Numbered from the stretch's first letter, positions 8,501 to 17,855 are shown. The stretch is DNA of 64,000 nucleotides from Actinomycetales bacterium (GCA_016125355.1 WGLX01000001.1:137-64136), one strand, 5' to 3'. Notes: generated by a model not told the origin, from the sequence alone. Numbers and translations are program-made.

Positions 8501-9160
8501 TCAGGCGAGGGCGGTACGTGAGATGCGAGTGATCAGGCCAACCCAGTCCTCGTCGTCCATCGGCTCGCCGGTGATGTCATCGACGATCCGGCCGAGCGTG
8601 TAGGCCTGGATGAAGACCGCCCCGGTGCGGGGCTTGAAGGTGGTGTTGAGCCACCCCTTGGCCTGGGCGTCGGCGAAGCAAGCGGTCAGCCCGTCGGTGA
8701 GCTGCTGCTGGAGCTCGCCCAGGGTCGCCCGGAACCGTGGGTTGTTCACTGTCATGGCAAGGATCCGGGCCCGCTCGAACCTCGATCCCGCGAGGCGCAC
8801 ACGGTCCTGCGTCGCCCGAGTGATCTGCTCCAGGCGGGTCAGGAAGTCCTCGGCGTCCGCGGACTCGTCGACGATCGAGCGGATCGCGGTCGTCGATGCC
8901 ACCACGCCATCGGAGAACCGGCGGAGATAGGCAGCCTCGAGGAGGTCCGAGAAGCCGTCGAAGAAGTGGTACATCGAGCCGGACGAGATCCCCGTCCGCT
9001 CCAGCACCAGCACGGCGGTGATGTCCTCGGCCGGCATCTCGTCCAGCATCGCGACGGTGGCCTCGACCAGCGCCTGCTGGGTCGGATGGTTCCCGGGGCG
9101 CACGCTCGCAGCGTAGAGGATCGCCGGGCGCACCCTGCGGTGCGTGGTCGCCCCCGCCAT
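8501..9160 (-). CDS. TetR/AcrR-family transcriptional regulator
   Basis: HTH region ITAVLVLERTGISSGSMYHFFDGFSDLLEA. Start is uncertain. ATG 9160 was chosen so the gene does not run over the palindrome at 9221. Confidence 0.82.
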   Translation of the reverse strand: MAGATTHRRVRPAILYAASVRPGNHPTQQALVEATVAMLDEMPAEDITAVLVLERTGISSGSMYHFFDGFSDLLEAAYLRRFSDGVVASTTAIRSIVDESADAEDFLTRLEQITRATQDRVRLAGSRFERARILAMTVNNPRFRATLGELQQQLTDGLTACFADAQAKGWLNTTFKPRTGAVFIQAYTLGRIVDDITGEPMDDEDWVGLITRISRTALA

Positions 9161-9220
9161 CCCCGCATCGCAGGGTCGTGCCACGGTCCGGCGGCGCGGA
9201 CCAGTAGGTCGATCCTCAAG

Positions 9221-9236
9221 GTTAGGCATGCCTAAC
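9221..9236. promoter_or_regulatory. Perfect 16-bp palindrome GTTAGGCATGCCTAAC (candidate TetR operator)
   Basis: Centred in the divergent intergenic region between the TetR gene (start 9160) and the FAD reductase gene (start 9322). Confidence 0.5.
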
Positions 9237-9321
9237 TTGCAGGGTCAATAGCCAACGTGGGCCATTGGTTTCGGGCTCGCACGCGGGCACAGTGGACGGA
9301 GGGGCGACTGAGGGAGGACCG

Positions 9322-10557
9322 ATGTCACCGGCCCAGGACTACGTCATCGTCGGAGGCGGCGTCGCGGCCGTGCGAGCGGCCGAGGCGCTCCGTGAACACG
9401 GCGCCCAGGGCTCCGTCCGGATCATCAGTGCTGAGCCCCACCTGCCCTATGTGCGGCCGCCGCTGTCCAAGGAGTACCTCCAGGACCAGGTACCTCGGGA
9501 CTCCGTGTTCGTCCACGACGAGGCCTGGTATCGCGATCACGACATCGAGGTGGCCGTGGGCACGCGCGCCGTCGCCGTCCATCCGGCCGCCCGGTCGATC
9601 GACCTGATCGATGGACAGGCCCTCGCCTACGACCGTCTGCTGATCGCGACGGGGAGTTCCGCTCGCGTCCTGGGCATCCCGGGCGAGGACCTAGACGGCG
9701 TTCACCGCCTGCGCACCCTGGACGACTGCGATCGACTCCGTGACGTGCTCCGGACCGGGCAGCGTCTGGTCATCGTCGGTGGCGGGTGGATCGGCCTCGA
9801 GGTGGCTGCAGCCGCCCGGATCGCCGGCATGGACGTCACCCTCCTGGAGCAGGACACCCAGCCCCTCCGCCGGGTGCTGGGTTCCGAACTCGGGGAGCTG
9901 TTCGCCGATCTCCACGTGCAGCACGGGGTGCGTCTCCTGACCCAGGTCTCCGTGCGAGCGATCGTGGGATCGTCGGGTCACGTCGCCGGCGTCGAGCTCG
10001 ACGACGGCACCACGATCCGGTGTGATGCCGTCCTCGTGGGGGTAGGTGCTTCCCCCAACCTCGACGTTGTCCGCGACTCCGAACTCGCCGTGAACACGGG
10101 CATCGTCGTCGATGAGTTCCTGCGGACCTCGGACCCGGCGGTCTTCGCAGCCGGTGACGTCGCGGAAGCCTTCCACCCGCGCTACTCACGGCACATCCGA
10201 GTGGAGCACATCGACAACGCTGAGCACCAGGGGTCGGTCGCCGGCCAGAACATGCTCGGCATCCGCAACGCCTACGAGCGCCTGCCCTTCTTCTACTCGG
10301 ACCAGTACGACGTCGGGCTGGAGTACACCGGATTCGCGCCACCCGGGGGCTACGACCGAGTGGTGGTCCGCGGGAACACCGAGGACTTCTCGTTCATCGC
10401 GTTCTGGCTCGCGGACCACCGTGTTGTCGCCGCGATGAACGTCAACACCTGGGATGTCCGACCGCAGCTCCTCGCCCTCATCGGCAGCGGCCTCGACGTC
10501 GATGAGGGTCGCCTCGCCGACCCCACCGCTGACATCCCCGAGCCCGCCACGAGATGA
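9322..10557 (+). CDS. NAD(P)/FAD-dependent oxidoreductase, ferredoxin-reductase family
   Basis: ATG 9322 behind GAGGGAGG. FAD fold VIVGGGVAAV, NAD fold VIVGGGWIGLE, reductase C-terminal domain. Confidence 0.9.
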   Translation: MSPAQDYVIVGGGVAAVRAAEALREHGAQGSVRIISAEPHLPYVRPPLSKEYLQDQVPRDSVFVHDEAWYRDHDIEVAVGTRAVAVHPAARSIDLIDGQALAYDRLLIATGSSARVLGIPGEDLDGVHRLRTLDDCDRLRDVLRTGQRLVIVGGGWIGLEVAAAARIAGMDVTLLEQDTQPLRRVLGSELGELFADLHVQHGVRLLTQVSVRAIVGSSGHVAGVELDDGTTIRCDAVLVGVGASPNLDVVRDSELAVNTGIVVDEFLRTSDPAVFAAGDVAEAFHPRYSRHIRVEHIDNAEHQGSVAGQNMLGIRNAYERLPFFYSDQYDVGLEYTGFAPPGGYDRVVVRGNTEDFSFIAFWLADHRVVAAMNVNTWDVRPQLLALIGSGLDVDEGRLADPTADIPEPATR

Positions 10558-10570
10558 AAGGGGGGTCGCT

Positions 10571-12088
10571 ATGACGCCCCAGGAGAAGCAGGCCATGTCC
10601 GCCGATCGGCTGTCCGAGGAGGTGTGGGAGGACGAGTCGCCTGCCGCCGTGCGCGGCCAGGCACCCTCGGCCCCGCAGACTCCACGGCAGCACATCCCCA
10701 TCGGCCTGTCCACGGCGGGAACGCGGACGGAGCGGGACAGCATGGGCGAGGTCCAGGTTCCCGCCGACCGGTACTGGGGGGCGCAGACGCAACGGGCCCT
10801 GGAGCACTTCGCCATCGGCCGCGAACGGATGCCGATCGAGTTGATCCACGCCTACGCCCTGGTGAAGTACGCAGCAGTCCTGACGAACGCAGATCTCGGG
10901 AGCATGCCTTCGTGGAAGGCCCGTGCCATCGGCACCGCCTGCCTGGAGGTGTCCAGTGGAGATCTCGACGACCACTTCCCGCTTGGAGTGTTCCAGACCG
11001 GCTCGGGAACCCACACGAACGTGAACCTCAACGAGGTCATCGCCAACCGGGCCAGTCAGCTGCTCGGCGGCGGCGTCGGTACGGGCTCGCTGGTCCACCC
11101 GAGCGACGACGTCAACATGAGCCAGTCGACCAACGACACCTTCGTGACGGCCATGCACGTGGCCGCGATCATGGTCCTGCACGACGTGACGCTGCCCTCC
11201 CTCTCCCATCTCCGGTCGGAGCTGGAGGCGAAGGCGACGGCGTGGGCCACCGTTCGCAAGCCCGGTCGCACGCACCTCATGGACGCGACGACGCTCACGG
11301 TCGGTCAGGAGTGGTCGGGGTACGCCGCCGCGCTGGACGCGGCGCGCAGGCACGTCATCGGAAGCGTCCACGACCTGTACGAGGTGGCCTTGGGCGGTAC
11401 TGCGGTCGGCACGGGGCTCAACGCACCTCCTGGTTTCGCCGAACGCGCGACTGAGGTGCTGGCGCGAGTGACAGGGCGACCGTTCCGCACGGCCACCAAT
11501 CCCTTCAGCGCCCAGTCCACGGTGGACGCCCTCGTGCGCTCGCATGCGGCACTCAAAGCCACCGCCGCGACCCTCTTCAAGATCGCCAACGATCTTCGGT
11601 GGTTGGGATCAGGACCTCGGCATGGGATCGGCGAGCTGGTCATTCCCGAAAATGAGGCAGGGTCCTCGATCATGCCGGGGAAGGTCAATCCGACACAGGC
11701 CGAGGCCACGTTGATGGCATGCCTTCAGGTCATGGGCAACGACACCGTCGTCACGATGGCTGGAGCCGAGGGCAACTTCGAGCTCAATGCCTTCCGGCCA
11801 GTGGTGGCGAACAACTACCTGCACTCCGCGACCATCCTCGGGAACGCAAGCCTCCGCCTGTCCACCTTCCTGGTGCACGACGTCGAACTCGCCGAGGACC
11901 TTGTCGAAGGCGGGACGGGCCTGGACGGCGTCACGTTCACCACAGCCCTCGCCGCCGAGGTGGGATACGACCGGGCCGCACGGATCGCCCGGAGCGCCAC
12001 CCGACATCATCGGGACGTGGTGGAGGAGGCCACGCGCGACGGCATCCCCGAATCGGTGATCACCTCGGTCCTCGAGCAGGTCGGCTGA
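10571..12088 (+). CDS. fumC: Class II fumarate hydratase
   Basis: Signature GSSIMPGKVNPTQAEA. DSMGEVQVPADRYWGAQTQRALEHF aligns with the fumarase C N-terminus. ATG 10571 behind AAAGGGGGG gives an extension of about 50 aa. Confidence 0.88.
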   Translation: MTPQEKQAMSADRLSEEVWEDESPAAVRGQAPSAPQTPRQHIPIGLSTAGTRTERDSMGEVQVPADRYWGAQTQRALEHFAIGRERMPIELIHAYALVKYAAVLTNADLGSMPSWKARAIGTACLEVSSGDLDDHFPLGVFQTGSGTHTNVNLNEVIANRASQLLGGGVGTGSLVHPSDDVNMSQSTNDTFVTAMHVAAIMVLHDVTLPSLSHLRSELEAKATAWATVRKPGRTHLMDATTLTVGQEWSGYAAALDAARRHVIGSVHDLYEVALGGTAVGTGLNAPPGFAERATEVLARVTGRPFRTATNPFSAQSTVDALVRSHAALKATAATLFKIANDLRWLGSGPRHGIGELVIPENEAGSSIMPGKVNPTQAEATLMACLQVMGNDTVVTMAGAEGNFELNAFRPVVANNYLHSATILGNASLRLSTFLVHDVELAEDLVEGGTGLDGVTFTTALAAEVGYDRAARIARSATRHHRDVVEEATRDGIPESVITSVLEQVG

Positions 12089-12113
12089 CCCGTCCTCACG
12101 AGACTCGTCGGCG

Positions 12114-12935
12114 TCAGAGTCGACCGCCGATGTCGATGATCCCGGACGCGTCGCGTTCGGCCATCATCGCCACGAACTCGCGGACCACGTCGGGATCGAA
12201 CTGCTTCCCCGATTCGGCCTCGAAGTAGGCGAGCGCCGCGTTGGTCGATGCGGGCTCGCGGTAAGGACGCTCCGACGTCAGCGCGTCGTAGACGTCCACG
12301 ACAGCGAACAGCCGGGCCGGGAAGGGGATTGCCGTGCCTTGCAGTCCACGGGGGTAGCCCGACCCATCCCAACGCTCGTGATGGCACCAGGGCACGACCA
12401 GGGCGCTCTCCAGGTAGGTGATGCCGTCGAGCATGCGCACGGCCAGCTCAGGGTGCCTCTTGATCTGGGCCCACTCCTCATCGTCCAGTGGACCCGTCTT
12501 CCCCAGGACCGCGTCCGGCACCGCCATCTTCCCGATGTCGTGCAGGGTGGCGCCCCGGCGTATGTCGTCCAGTTCCGCCCCCTGCAGGCCGAAACGCTGC
12601 GCGAGAGCCACCGTCAACTCGGTCACCCGCTGGGTGTGCTCACCGGTCGAATGGTCGCGGATGTCGAGAGCGGCGGCCCACCCGGCCAGCGTCTCGTCGT
12701 ACGCCACCCGCAGTGCATCCGCCGTGCTCTCGGCGCGCGTGATGTAGCGCCTCGTGAGCAGGTACAGCAATGCGGTGGTGGCGAGCACGAACCCGATCCC
12801 CTTGACCGTCTGCAGCCACGTCAGGCGGTCCGCATCGGGAACCCGGGCGACGACCCTGTCGCTGAACAGGATCCACAGGACCGAGAGCAGGAGGTAGCCC
12901 CCTGCGATCCTGGCTGCAGCGCTGACGCGTGTCAC
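12114..12935 (-). CDS. Membrane-anchored HD-GYP domain phosphodiesterase (c-di-GMP type)
   Basis: GTG 12935 behind AAGGAGG. Two TM helices, then HDIGKMAVP and HHERWDGSGYPRGL. Confidence 0.88.
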   Translation of the reverse strand: MTRVSAAARIAGGYLLLSVLWILFSDRVVARVPDADRLTWLQTVKGIGFVLATTALLYLLTRRYITRAESTADALRVAYDETLAGWAAALDIRDHSTGEHTQRVTELTVALAQRFGLQGAELDDIRRGATLHDIGKMAVPDAVLGKTGPLDDEEWAQIKRHPELAVRMLDGITYLESALVVPWCHHERWDGSGYPRGLQGTAIPFPARLFAVVDVYDALTSERPYREPASTNAALAYFEAESGKQFDPDVVREFVAMMAERDASGIIDIGGRL

Positions 12936-13062
12936 GACGATCGGCTCCTCCTTGCCGCGATCCTTCCTCGTCGCTCGCGATGTGTCGAGGACCGCCGATG
13001 GCGGGGCCTCGAGGGACCTTGTCCTCTTCCCTGACCCACGGGGACGGCGTTGTGTGGAGTTG

Positions 13063-14232
13063 ATGGATGTGTGGCGCGCTCCCCGGCGATGCGGCCTCCG
13101 GGCCGTAGCCGTGTCGGTCGCCTGCGCACTCGGCGCCGCACTGGGCTTGGCTGCCTGCTCCAGTGAACCTGTGCCCACCGCAGAGGAACTCGCCGCTGTG
13201 GAGTACGCCCCAAGTCACGCAGTGGACGGCTGGGCGGTGTCGACTCCCGCAACCCAGGGCCTGGACCCCACCTTGGTGGCCACGGCCTACTGGCGGGCGG
13301 CGCGCCTGCCGTCCATCCACAGCCTCCTCGTCGTCAAGGACGGCTACCTGGTGGCCGAGGGGTACTTCGACACCGGAGGCCCCGAGGTAGCAGAGACGGT
13401 GCAGTCCGTGACGAAGAGCATCACCGGGGCCCTTGTAGGCCTCGCACTGGAGACCGGCTGCATCCCGAGCATCGATGAGCCGATGATCACGTACTTCCCG
13501 GAAGTCGCCAATCAGATCGATGACCCCCGCACGTTGACGATCACCATCCGTCACCTGCTGCAGATGCGTGCGGGATACCCGTGGGAAGAAGCCTCCGAAG
13601 AGGGCTTCGCGCTGCTGTACCACGGTTTCCAGCCGCGCAATGTCATCGACGTCCCCCTCGTCCGCGACCCCGGCTCGGGCTGGGACTACTCCAACCTCTC
13701 TTCGCACCTGCTCGGCATCATCGTGTCCCGCGCGTGCGACTCGCCGGATCTGATGGACTTCGCCAACCAGCATCTTTTTGGCCCCCTGCGCATCTCACCG
13801 GCGTTCTGGCAGGTCGGCTGGGAGGGCTACCGCAGCGGACACGCCGACCTCCAACTCACCGCGCGCGACCTGGCCCGGTTCGGCCAGACCTACCTCGACG
13901 GCGGGGTCTACGAGGGGAAGCAGGTGGTCCCGGCTGAGTGGATCGACCAGTCGTGGCAGAAGTACACCGAGGACGCCTGGTACTTCGACGTCGGCCCGAA
14001 CTGGCGCAGCAACTACGGCTACCAGTGGTGGCTCATCGACGCCGGGCCCCACACCTACGCGCTGGCCTGGGGCCACGGGGGTCAGCAGATCGCGGTCCTT
14101 CCCGAGCAGGACCTTGTCGTCGTGCTGACCGCCGATCCCCTATGGGGTCAGCATGGCGATGAGCCCTGGACGCTCGAGAGGGACAACCTGAATCTCGTCG
14201 CAGATTTCGTGGCGTCACTGCCACCCGCTTGA
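13063..14232 (+). CDS. Serine hydrolase lipoprotein (class C beta-lactamase/PBP-like fold)
   Basis: ATG 13063 with lipobox LGLAACSS. SxxK motif SVTKSITG and YxN motif DYSNLSSH. Confidence 0.88.
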   Translation: MDVWRAPRRCGLRAVAVSVACALGAALGLAACSSEPVPTAEELAAVEYAPSHAVDGWAVSTPATQGLDPTLVATAYWRAARLPSIHSLLVVKDGYLVAEGYFDTGGPEVAETVQSVTKSITGALVGLALETGCIPSIDEPMITYFPEVANQIDDPRTLTITIRHLLQMRAGYPWEEASEEGFALLYHGFQPRNVIDVPLVRDPGSGWDYSNLSSHLLGIIVSRACDSPDLMDFANQHLFGPLRISPAFWQVGWEGYRSGHADLQLTARDLARFGQTYLDGGVYEGKQVVPAEWIDQSWQKYTEDAWYFDVGPNWRSNYGYQWWLIDAGPHTYALAWGHGGQQIAVLPEQDLVVVLTADPLWGQHGDEPWTLERDNLNLVADFVASLPPA

Positions 14233-14253
14233 CGGAGTCCGCGGCGCACGTCG

Positions 14254-15471
14254 CTAGACACCGACCCGCGGCGTGACGCGCAGGACGAATCCATAGGCCC
14301 AGACACCGCCGTGCACCAGCGCGATGAGCAGCGCAAGCAGCCAGGCTTGCGGGCGGATCACACCGATCACCAGGCAGGCCAGTGCCCCAGTCATCAGCGC
14401 CACCTCCACGCGGGTGGTGAGCGCAGACTTGCCGGGCTGGTGGTGGACCGTGGCGACGAGGACGGCCAGGAGGGCGAGCATCAGTGCGGAGCTGCCGGCG
14501 AGCAGCCAGGCTGTCCCCACCGGCGTGCGCTCGTCCGACCAGTGCTCGATGAGACTCACCATCCCGGCGCCCGCAGCGGCGATCGCGCCGGTCAGCGGCA
14601 GATGGGCCACCACCCACGCCACGAACATCCTGGGAGTCTCGCGTGGCACGCGCCTGCCCACCGCGTCGAAGTAGTTCCACCAGAACCCGAAGCAGATGGT
14701 CAAGGCGAGCAGGCCGGTCGTCATGGCGAGGGGATCGCGGCTGGTCTGCGTCATGCCACCCACGACGCCCACCACGACCTCGCCCAGCACGATGATGGTG
14801 AAGAGGCCGAAACGCTCGGCCATGGACTCGGTCGGCACGACCCCCAGGGGCCGGTCCTGCCGTGAGGCGAACTGCCACGAGACCGAGAGCAGCCAGCCGA
14901 TCACCACGACCGCCCACAGCAGCAGACGCGCCGAGCCCTCGACGAGCAGGCTGGCGACCATCACAAGGATGGCGAGACACAGTCCGATCACGAAGTTCGC
15001 CGTCGCCCGCCGGAAGGCCGGCTCCACGTCGTACCTGCGCACCGACCACCATTGGGCAGCCAGCACGGCGAGCAGGACCGCGTACGTGATCGCGAAGGGC
15101 GCGCTGTCCTCGGCGGGCGCCTCCCCCGCGAACACCGCCAGCAGGACCAGCAGGTACATCTGCAGGAAGATCAGGGTTCGCGAGCGTCCGTCCTCACGCC
15201 CATGCGCCTCGTGGTACATCGAGCCGTTGACCCACGCGATCCAGATCATCGTGAAGACGATCGCGAAGTCGATGACACCGCTCCACGACACATGGACGGC
15301 CAGGTGATGGGCCACCTGGCCGACGAGGACGACGAAGACCAGGTCGAACAGCAGCTCGAGGAAGCTGACGGTTCGATCACGCACGATCTCGCCGTGAGGG
15401 CGCGGTGGGGTGGTGAACCAGGAGCGCAGCGCCGCACCGAGGCTCTCGGGCGCACGTTCAGGCGGGCTCAC
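14254..15471 (-). CDS. Low-temperature-requirement A (LtrA) family membrane protein
   Basis: Polytopic membrane protein. N-terminal VSFLELLFDLVFVVLVGQ motif is typical of LtrA. Confidence 0.85.
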   Translation of the reverse strand: MSPPERAPESLGAALRSWFTTPPRPHGEIVRDRTVSFLELLFDLVFVVLVGQVAHHLAVHVSWSGVIDFAIVFTMIWIAWVNGSMYHEAHGREDGRSRTLIFLQMYLLVLLAVFAGEAPAEDSAPFAITYAVLLAVLAAQWWSVRRYDVEPAFRRATANFVIGLCLAILVMVASLLVEGSARLLLWAVVVIGWLLSVSWQFASRQDRPLGVVPTESMAERFGLFTIIVLGEVVVGVVGGMTQTSRDPLAMTTGLLALTICFGFWWNYFDAVGRRVPRETPRMFVAWVVAHLPLTGAIAAAGAGMVSLIEHWSDERTPVGTAWLLAGSSALMLALLAVLVATVHHQPGKSALTTRVEVALMTGALACLVIGVIRPQAWLLALLIALVHGGVWAYGFVLRVTPRVGV

Positions 15472-15502
15472 CGCAGGGAGTCTAGGCAGCGCAGGCGGAA
15501 CG

Positions 15503-15536
15503 TGCAGTCGCCCGGCGATTCCGCCGGGCGACTGCA
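15503..15536 (-). terminator. Perfect 15-bp stem / 4-nt loop hairpin downstream of the 61-aa ORF
   Basis: TGCAGTCGCCCGGCG-ATTC-CGCCGGGCGACTGCA. No U-tract, which is common in high-GC actinobacteria. Confidence 0.5.
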
Positions 15537-15555
15537 GGGAGTGGGCTCCCGGCCT

Positions 15556-15741
15556 TCAGTTCCGTGCGGGCCCTCGGGGGTAGGGAGTGAGGGGGCGCCC
15601 GTACTCACGCTTGAGCTGGATGATCGGGTCGGTCTCCATGCTCTGCGTCGCGGGCCCGTACAGGCCCAGGAGGATCCGGCGCGTCCAGTAGGACAGCGAG
15701 CGCGTCCATGTGTGGATCAACGATGTCTGCTTCATGGCCAC
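15556..15741 (-). CDS. Hypothetical small protein (61 aa)
   Basis: ORF only, no family recognised. It is followed by a perfect 15-bp hairpin (15503-15536) and preceded by the operator-like palindrome at 15794. Confidence 0.4.
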   Translation of the reverse strand: MAMKQTSLIHTWTRSLSYWTRRILLGLYGPATQSMETDPIIQLKREYGRPLTPYPRGPARN

Positions 15742-15793
15742 CTCCTCAGGACGGTGCCACGGTCGAGGCCGTAAGCAGATCTTGCTCCCTTAG

Positions 15794-15809
15794 GTTAGGC
15801 ACACCTAAC
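15794..15809. promoter_or_regulatory. Second copy of the operator-like palindrome (GTTAGGCACACCTAAC)
   Basis: 14/16 identical to the 9221 palindrome. Lies in the divergent region between the 61-aa ORF and the beta-barrel protein gene. Confidence 0.45.
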
Positions 15810-15912
15810 TCACGAGAGCAAGTGGCGGCTCGGGCCCGTGGGGCCTCCGCAGGCGTTCCCCCCTCGTCGACAGGCGCCTACTACGGTGGCGGGAAACCGA
15901 TGTGGAGGTCCT

Positions 15913-16305
15913 ATGCGCACGCTTGTCATCCATCAGGCCCAGGCGAACGTCGTGCACGTCACGGACGGCGACGAGGTCCACGGCGATGTCATGACCTACG
16001 AGGGAGACATCAGCGGGCCCGACGGGCTCGAAGGCGTGATCGTGGGCATCAACAACAGTGCGCGGCGGCACGGGGAGACCCACTGGGACCGCGTCGGGAT
16101 GGCGACCTTCAGCTTCGCCGGCGACGACTCGATCTGCGTCTCCGGCGTTCTGCGCTACGAGTCGAACCAGCAGTATTCCCACGCGGGTTCCCGCCACGTC
16201 AGCGCCGTGGTGGGGGGCACCGGCCAGTTCATCGGCGTCCGGGGCGAGCTCGCCTCGGTGCGCAACGACGACGGCTCATTCACCCACACCTTCACGCTCC
16301 TCTGA
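15913..16305 (+). CDS. Small beta-barrel protein, allene-oxide-cyclase/dirigent-like (tentative)
   Basis: ATG 15913 behind GGAGG. 130 aa, predicted all-beta, with C-terminal VVGGTGQFIGVRGEL and HTFTLL. Family call is from memory only. Confidence 0.6.
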   Translation: MRTLVIHQAQANVVHVTDGDEVHGDVMTYEGDISGPDGLEGVIVGINNSARRHGETHWDRVGMATFSFAGDDSICVSGVLRYESNQQYSHAGSRHVSAVVGGTGQFIGVRGELASVRNDDGSFTHTFTLL

Positions 16306-17562
16306 GGCTGCCGCGGGTCGGGTACGCCGACCGCTCCGCGTGCGGAAGCCGATGACCGCGGCCACGAGGGCGGCCGCCGCGCCCACGGCCAGGGCCCAGC
16401 GCGGGCCCGCGAACTGGGCGGCGGCCCCCATCAGCGGGCCGCCCACGGCCGTGCTGCCGATGAAGGCCACGGTCCACAACGACATGACCCGCCCCCGCAT
16501 CTCCGGTGGGGCGTTGAGCTGGAGCGTCGCATTGCCCGTGGACAGGAACCAGATGCTCGCCGCCCCGGTGACCACCAGGCAGGCCGCCGCGGTGGCGACA
16601 CTCGGCGCCAGGGCGGTCACCGCGGTCGTCAGTCCGAAGGCCACCGCGGCCCCGGCGATGACCCGAACGCCGACGGCCTCCCGACCCGCGCTCACCAGCC
16701 CGCCGATGACGGCGCCACTGCCCATGGCCGCCACCAGGATGCCGAGTGCACTCGCCGAACCGGAGAAGGTCTCGGTCGCGAACGCGGGCAGCGTGACCTG
16801 GAACTCGTATGTCAGCGTGCCGACGATGGCCATCATGAGCAACGGCACGCCGACCGCGGGAGTGGCCCGGACGTAGGCGAGCCCCTGACGCAGCTGTCCG
16901 CCGGCCCGCGGAACCGGGGGCACCGGGGTCAGGGCGGCACGGTTCATGAGCAGGTACGAGCCGATCGCCGCCACGAAGCTGACGGCGTTGACGAAGAAGC
17001 ACACGGACACGTCAGCGACGACGATGAGGGCACCGGCCACGGCCGGTCCGACCGCCCGCGCGACGTTGACCAGCACGGCATTGAGGCTGACCGCGTTGCG
17101 TACCAGGTCTGCCGGGACCATCTCCCGGACGAACGCCTGGCGTCCGGGATTGTCGACGGCATTCACCAGGCCGAGGACCATGGACAACGCCAGCACCCAG
17201 CCGATCGTGACGTGGCCCGTTGCCGTCATGACCCCGAGGGTGATCGCCTGCACCGTGGCGATGGACTGGGTGCCGATCAGCAGGCGGCGCTTGTCGAGGC
17301 GGTCGACCCAGACACCGCCGTAGGGCGCGATGAGCAGGACGGGCAGCGTCTGCAGGGCGATCGCGACGCCGAGCCAGGTCGCCGAGCCGGTCAGCTGGAG
17401 GATCAGCCAGGCCAATGCCACGGACTGCATCCACGTGCCGGTCAGCGAGATGGACTGCCCCACGAAGAAGAGTCGGTAGTTCGGATGGGCCAGAGAGCGG
17501 AAGGTCCGGACGCGCCACGGCAGGGCGCCGCTGGCGACGGGCCCGGTCCGACTGGCTTCCAC
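16276..17562 (-). CDS. MFS transporter (EntS/MFS_3-like exporter)
   Basis: 428 aa with about 12 TM helices. N-terminal FRSLAHPNYRLFFVGQSISLTGTWMQ is typical of this MFS subgroup. Confidence 0.9.
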   Translation of the reverse strand: MEASRTGPVASGALPWRVRTFRSLAHPNYRLFFVGQSISLTGTWMQSVALAWLILQLTGSATWLGVAIALQTLPVLLIAPYGGVWVDRLDKRRLLIGTQSIATVQAITLGVMTATGHVTIGWVLALSMVLGLVNAVDNPGRQAFVREMVPADLVRNAVSLNAVLVNVARAVGPAVAGALIVVADVSVCFFVNAVSFVAAIGSYLLMNRAALTPVPPVPRAGGQLRQGLAYVRATPAVGVPLLMMAIVGTLTYEFQVTLPAFATETFSGSASALGILVAAMGSGAVIGGLVSAGREAVGVRVIAGAAVAFGLTTAVTALAPSVATAAACLVVTGAASIWFLSTGNATLQLNAPPEMRGRVMSLWTVAFIGSTAVGGPLMGAAAQFAGPRWALAVGAAAALVAAVIGFRTRSGRRTRPAAASEEREGVGE

Positions 17563-17693
17563 GCCACCACCCTAGGAGCGGGGGTGACGGGGGCAACATC
17601 TCCTCAGAGCCCGCTCAGCGCGCATCAGACTCCCCCGCGAGTGAGACTGAGGTGGTGCTGCCCACACGGCAGCCACCAGCAAGGGAGTCAGCG

Positions 17694-17855
17694 ATGACAC
17701 ACGCACAGGATCTGTTGGAGCACCCCCCGACGATGGCCGAGATGGCCGGCGCCCTGATGGAGGAGGAGTCTCACGTGACGTCGCCCGTGGCGCACGTCGC
17801 GGCTGAGACCGTGCCACTCAGCTTTGCGCGGCTGGAGGCCGAGACCGAGGAGTAG
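17694..17855 (+). CDS. Hypothetical small acidic protein (53 aa)
   Basis: ATG behind GGGAG. Very acidic sequence, no recognisable family. Lies in an otherwise empty 330-nt gap. Confidence 0.3.
   Translation: MTHAQDLLEHPPTMAEMAGALMEEESHVTSPVAHVAAETVPLSFARLEAETEE

Noticed and set aside
16276-16305. 30-nt overlap of the 3' ends of the convergent barrel-protein and MFS genes.
   Set aside because: Both stops are unambiguous and such overlaps occur by chance in compact GC-rich genomes. There is no further structure to support antisense regulation.
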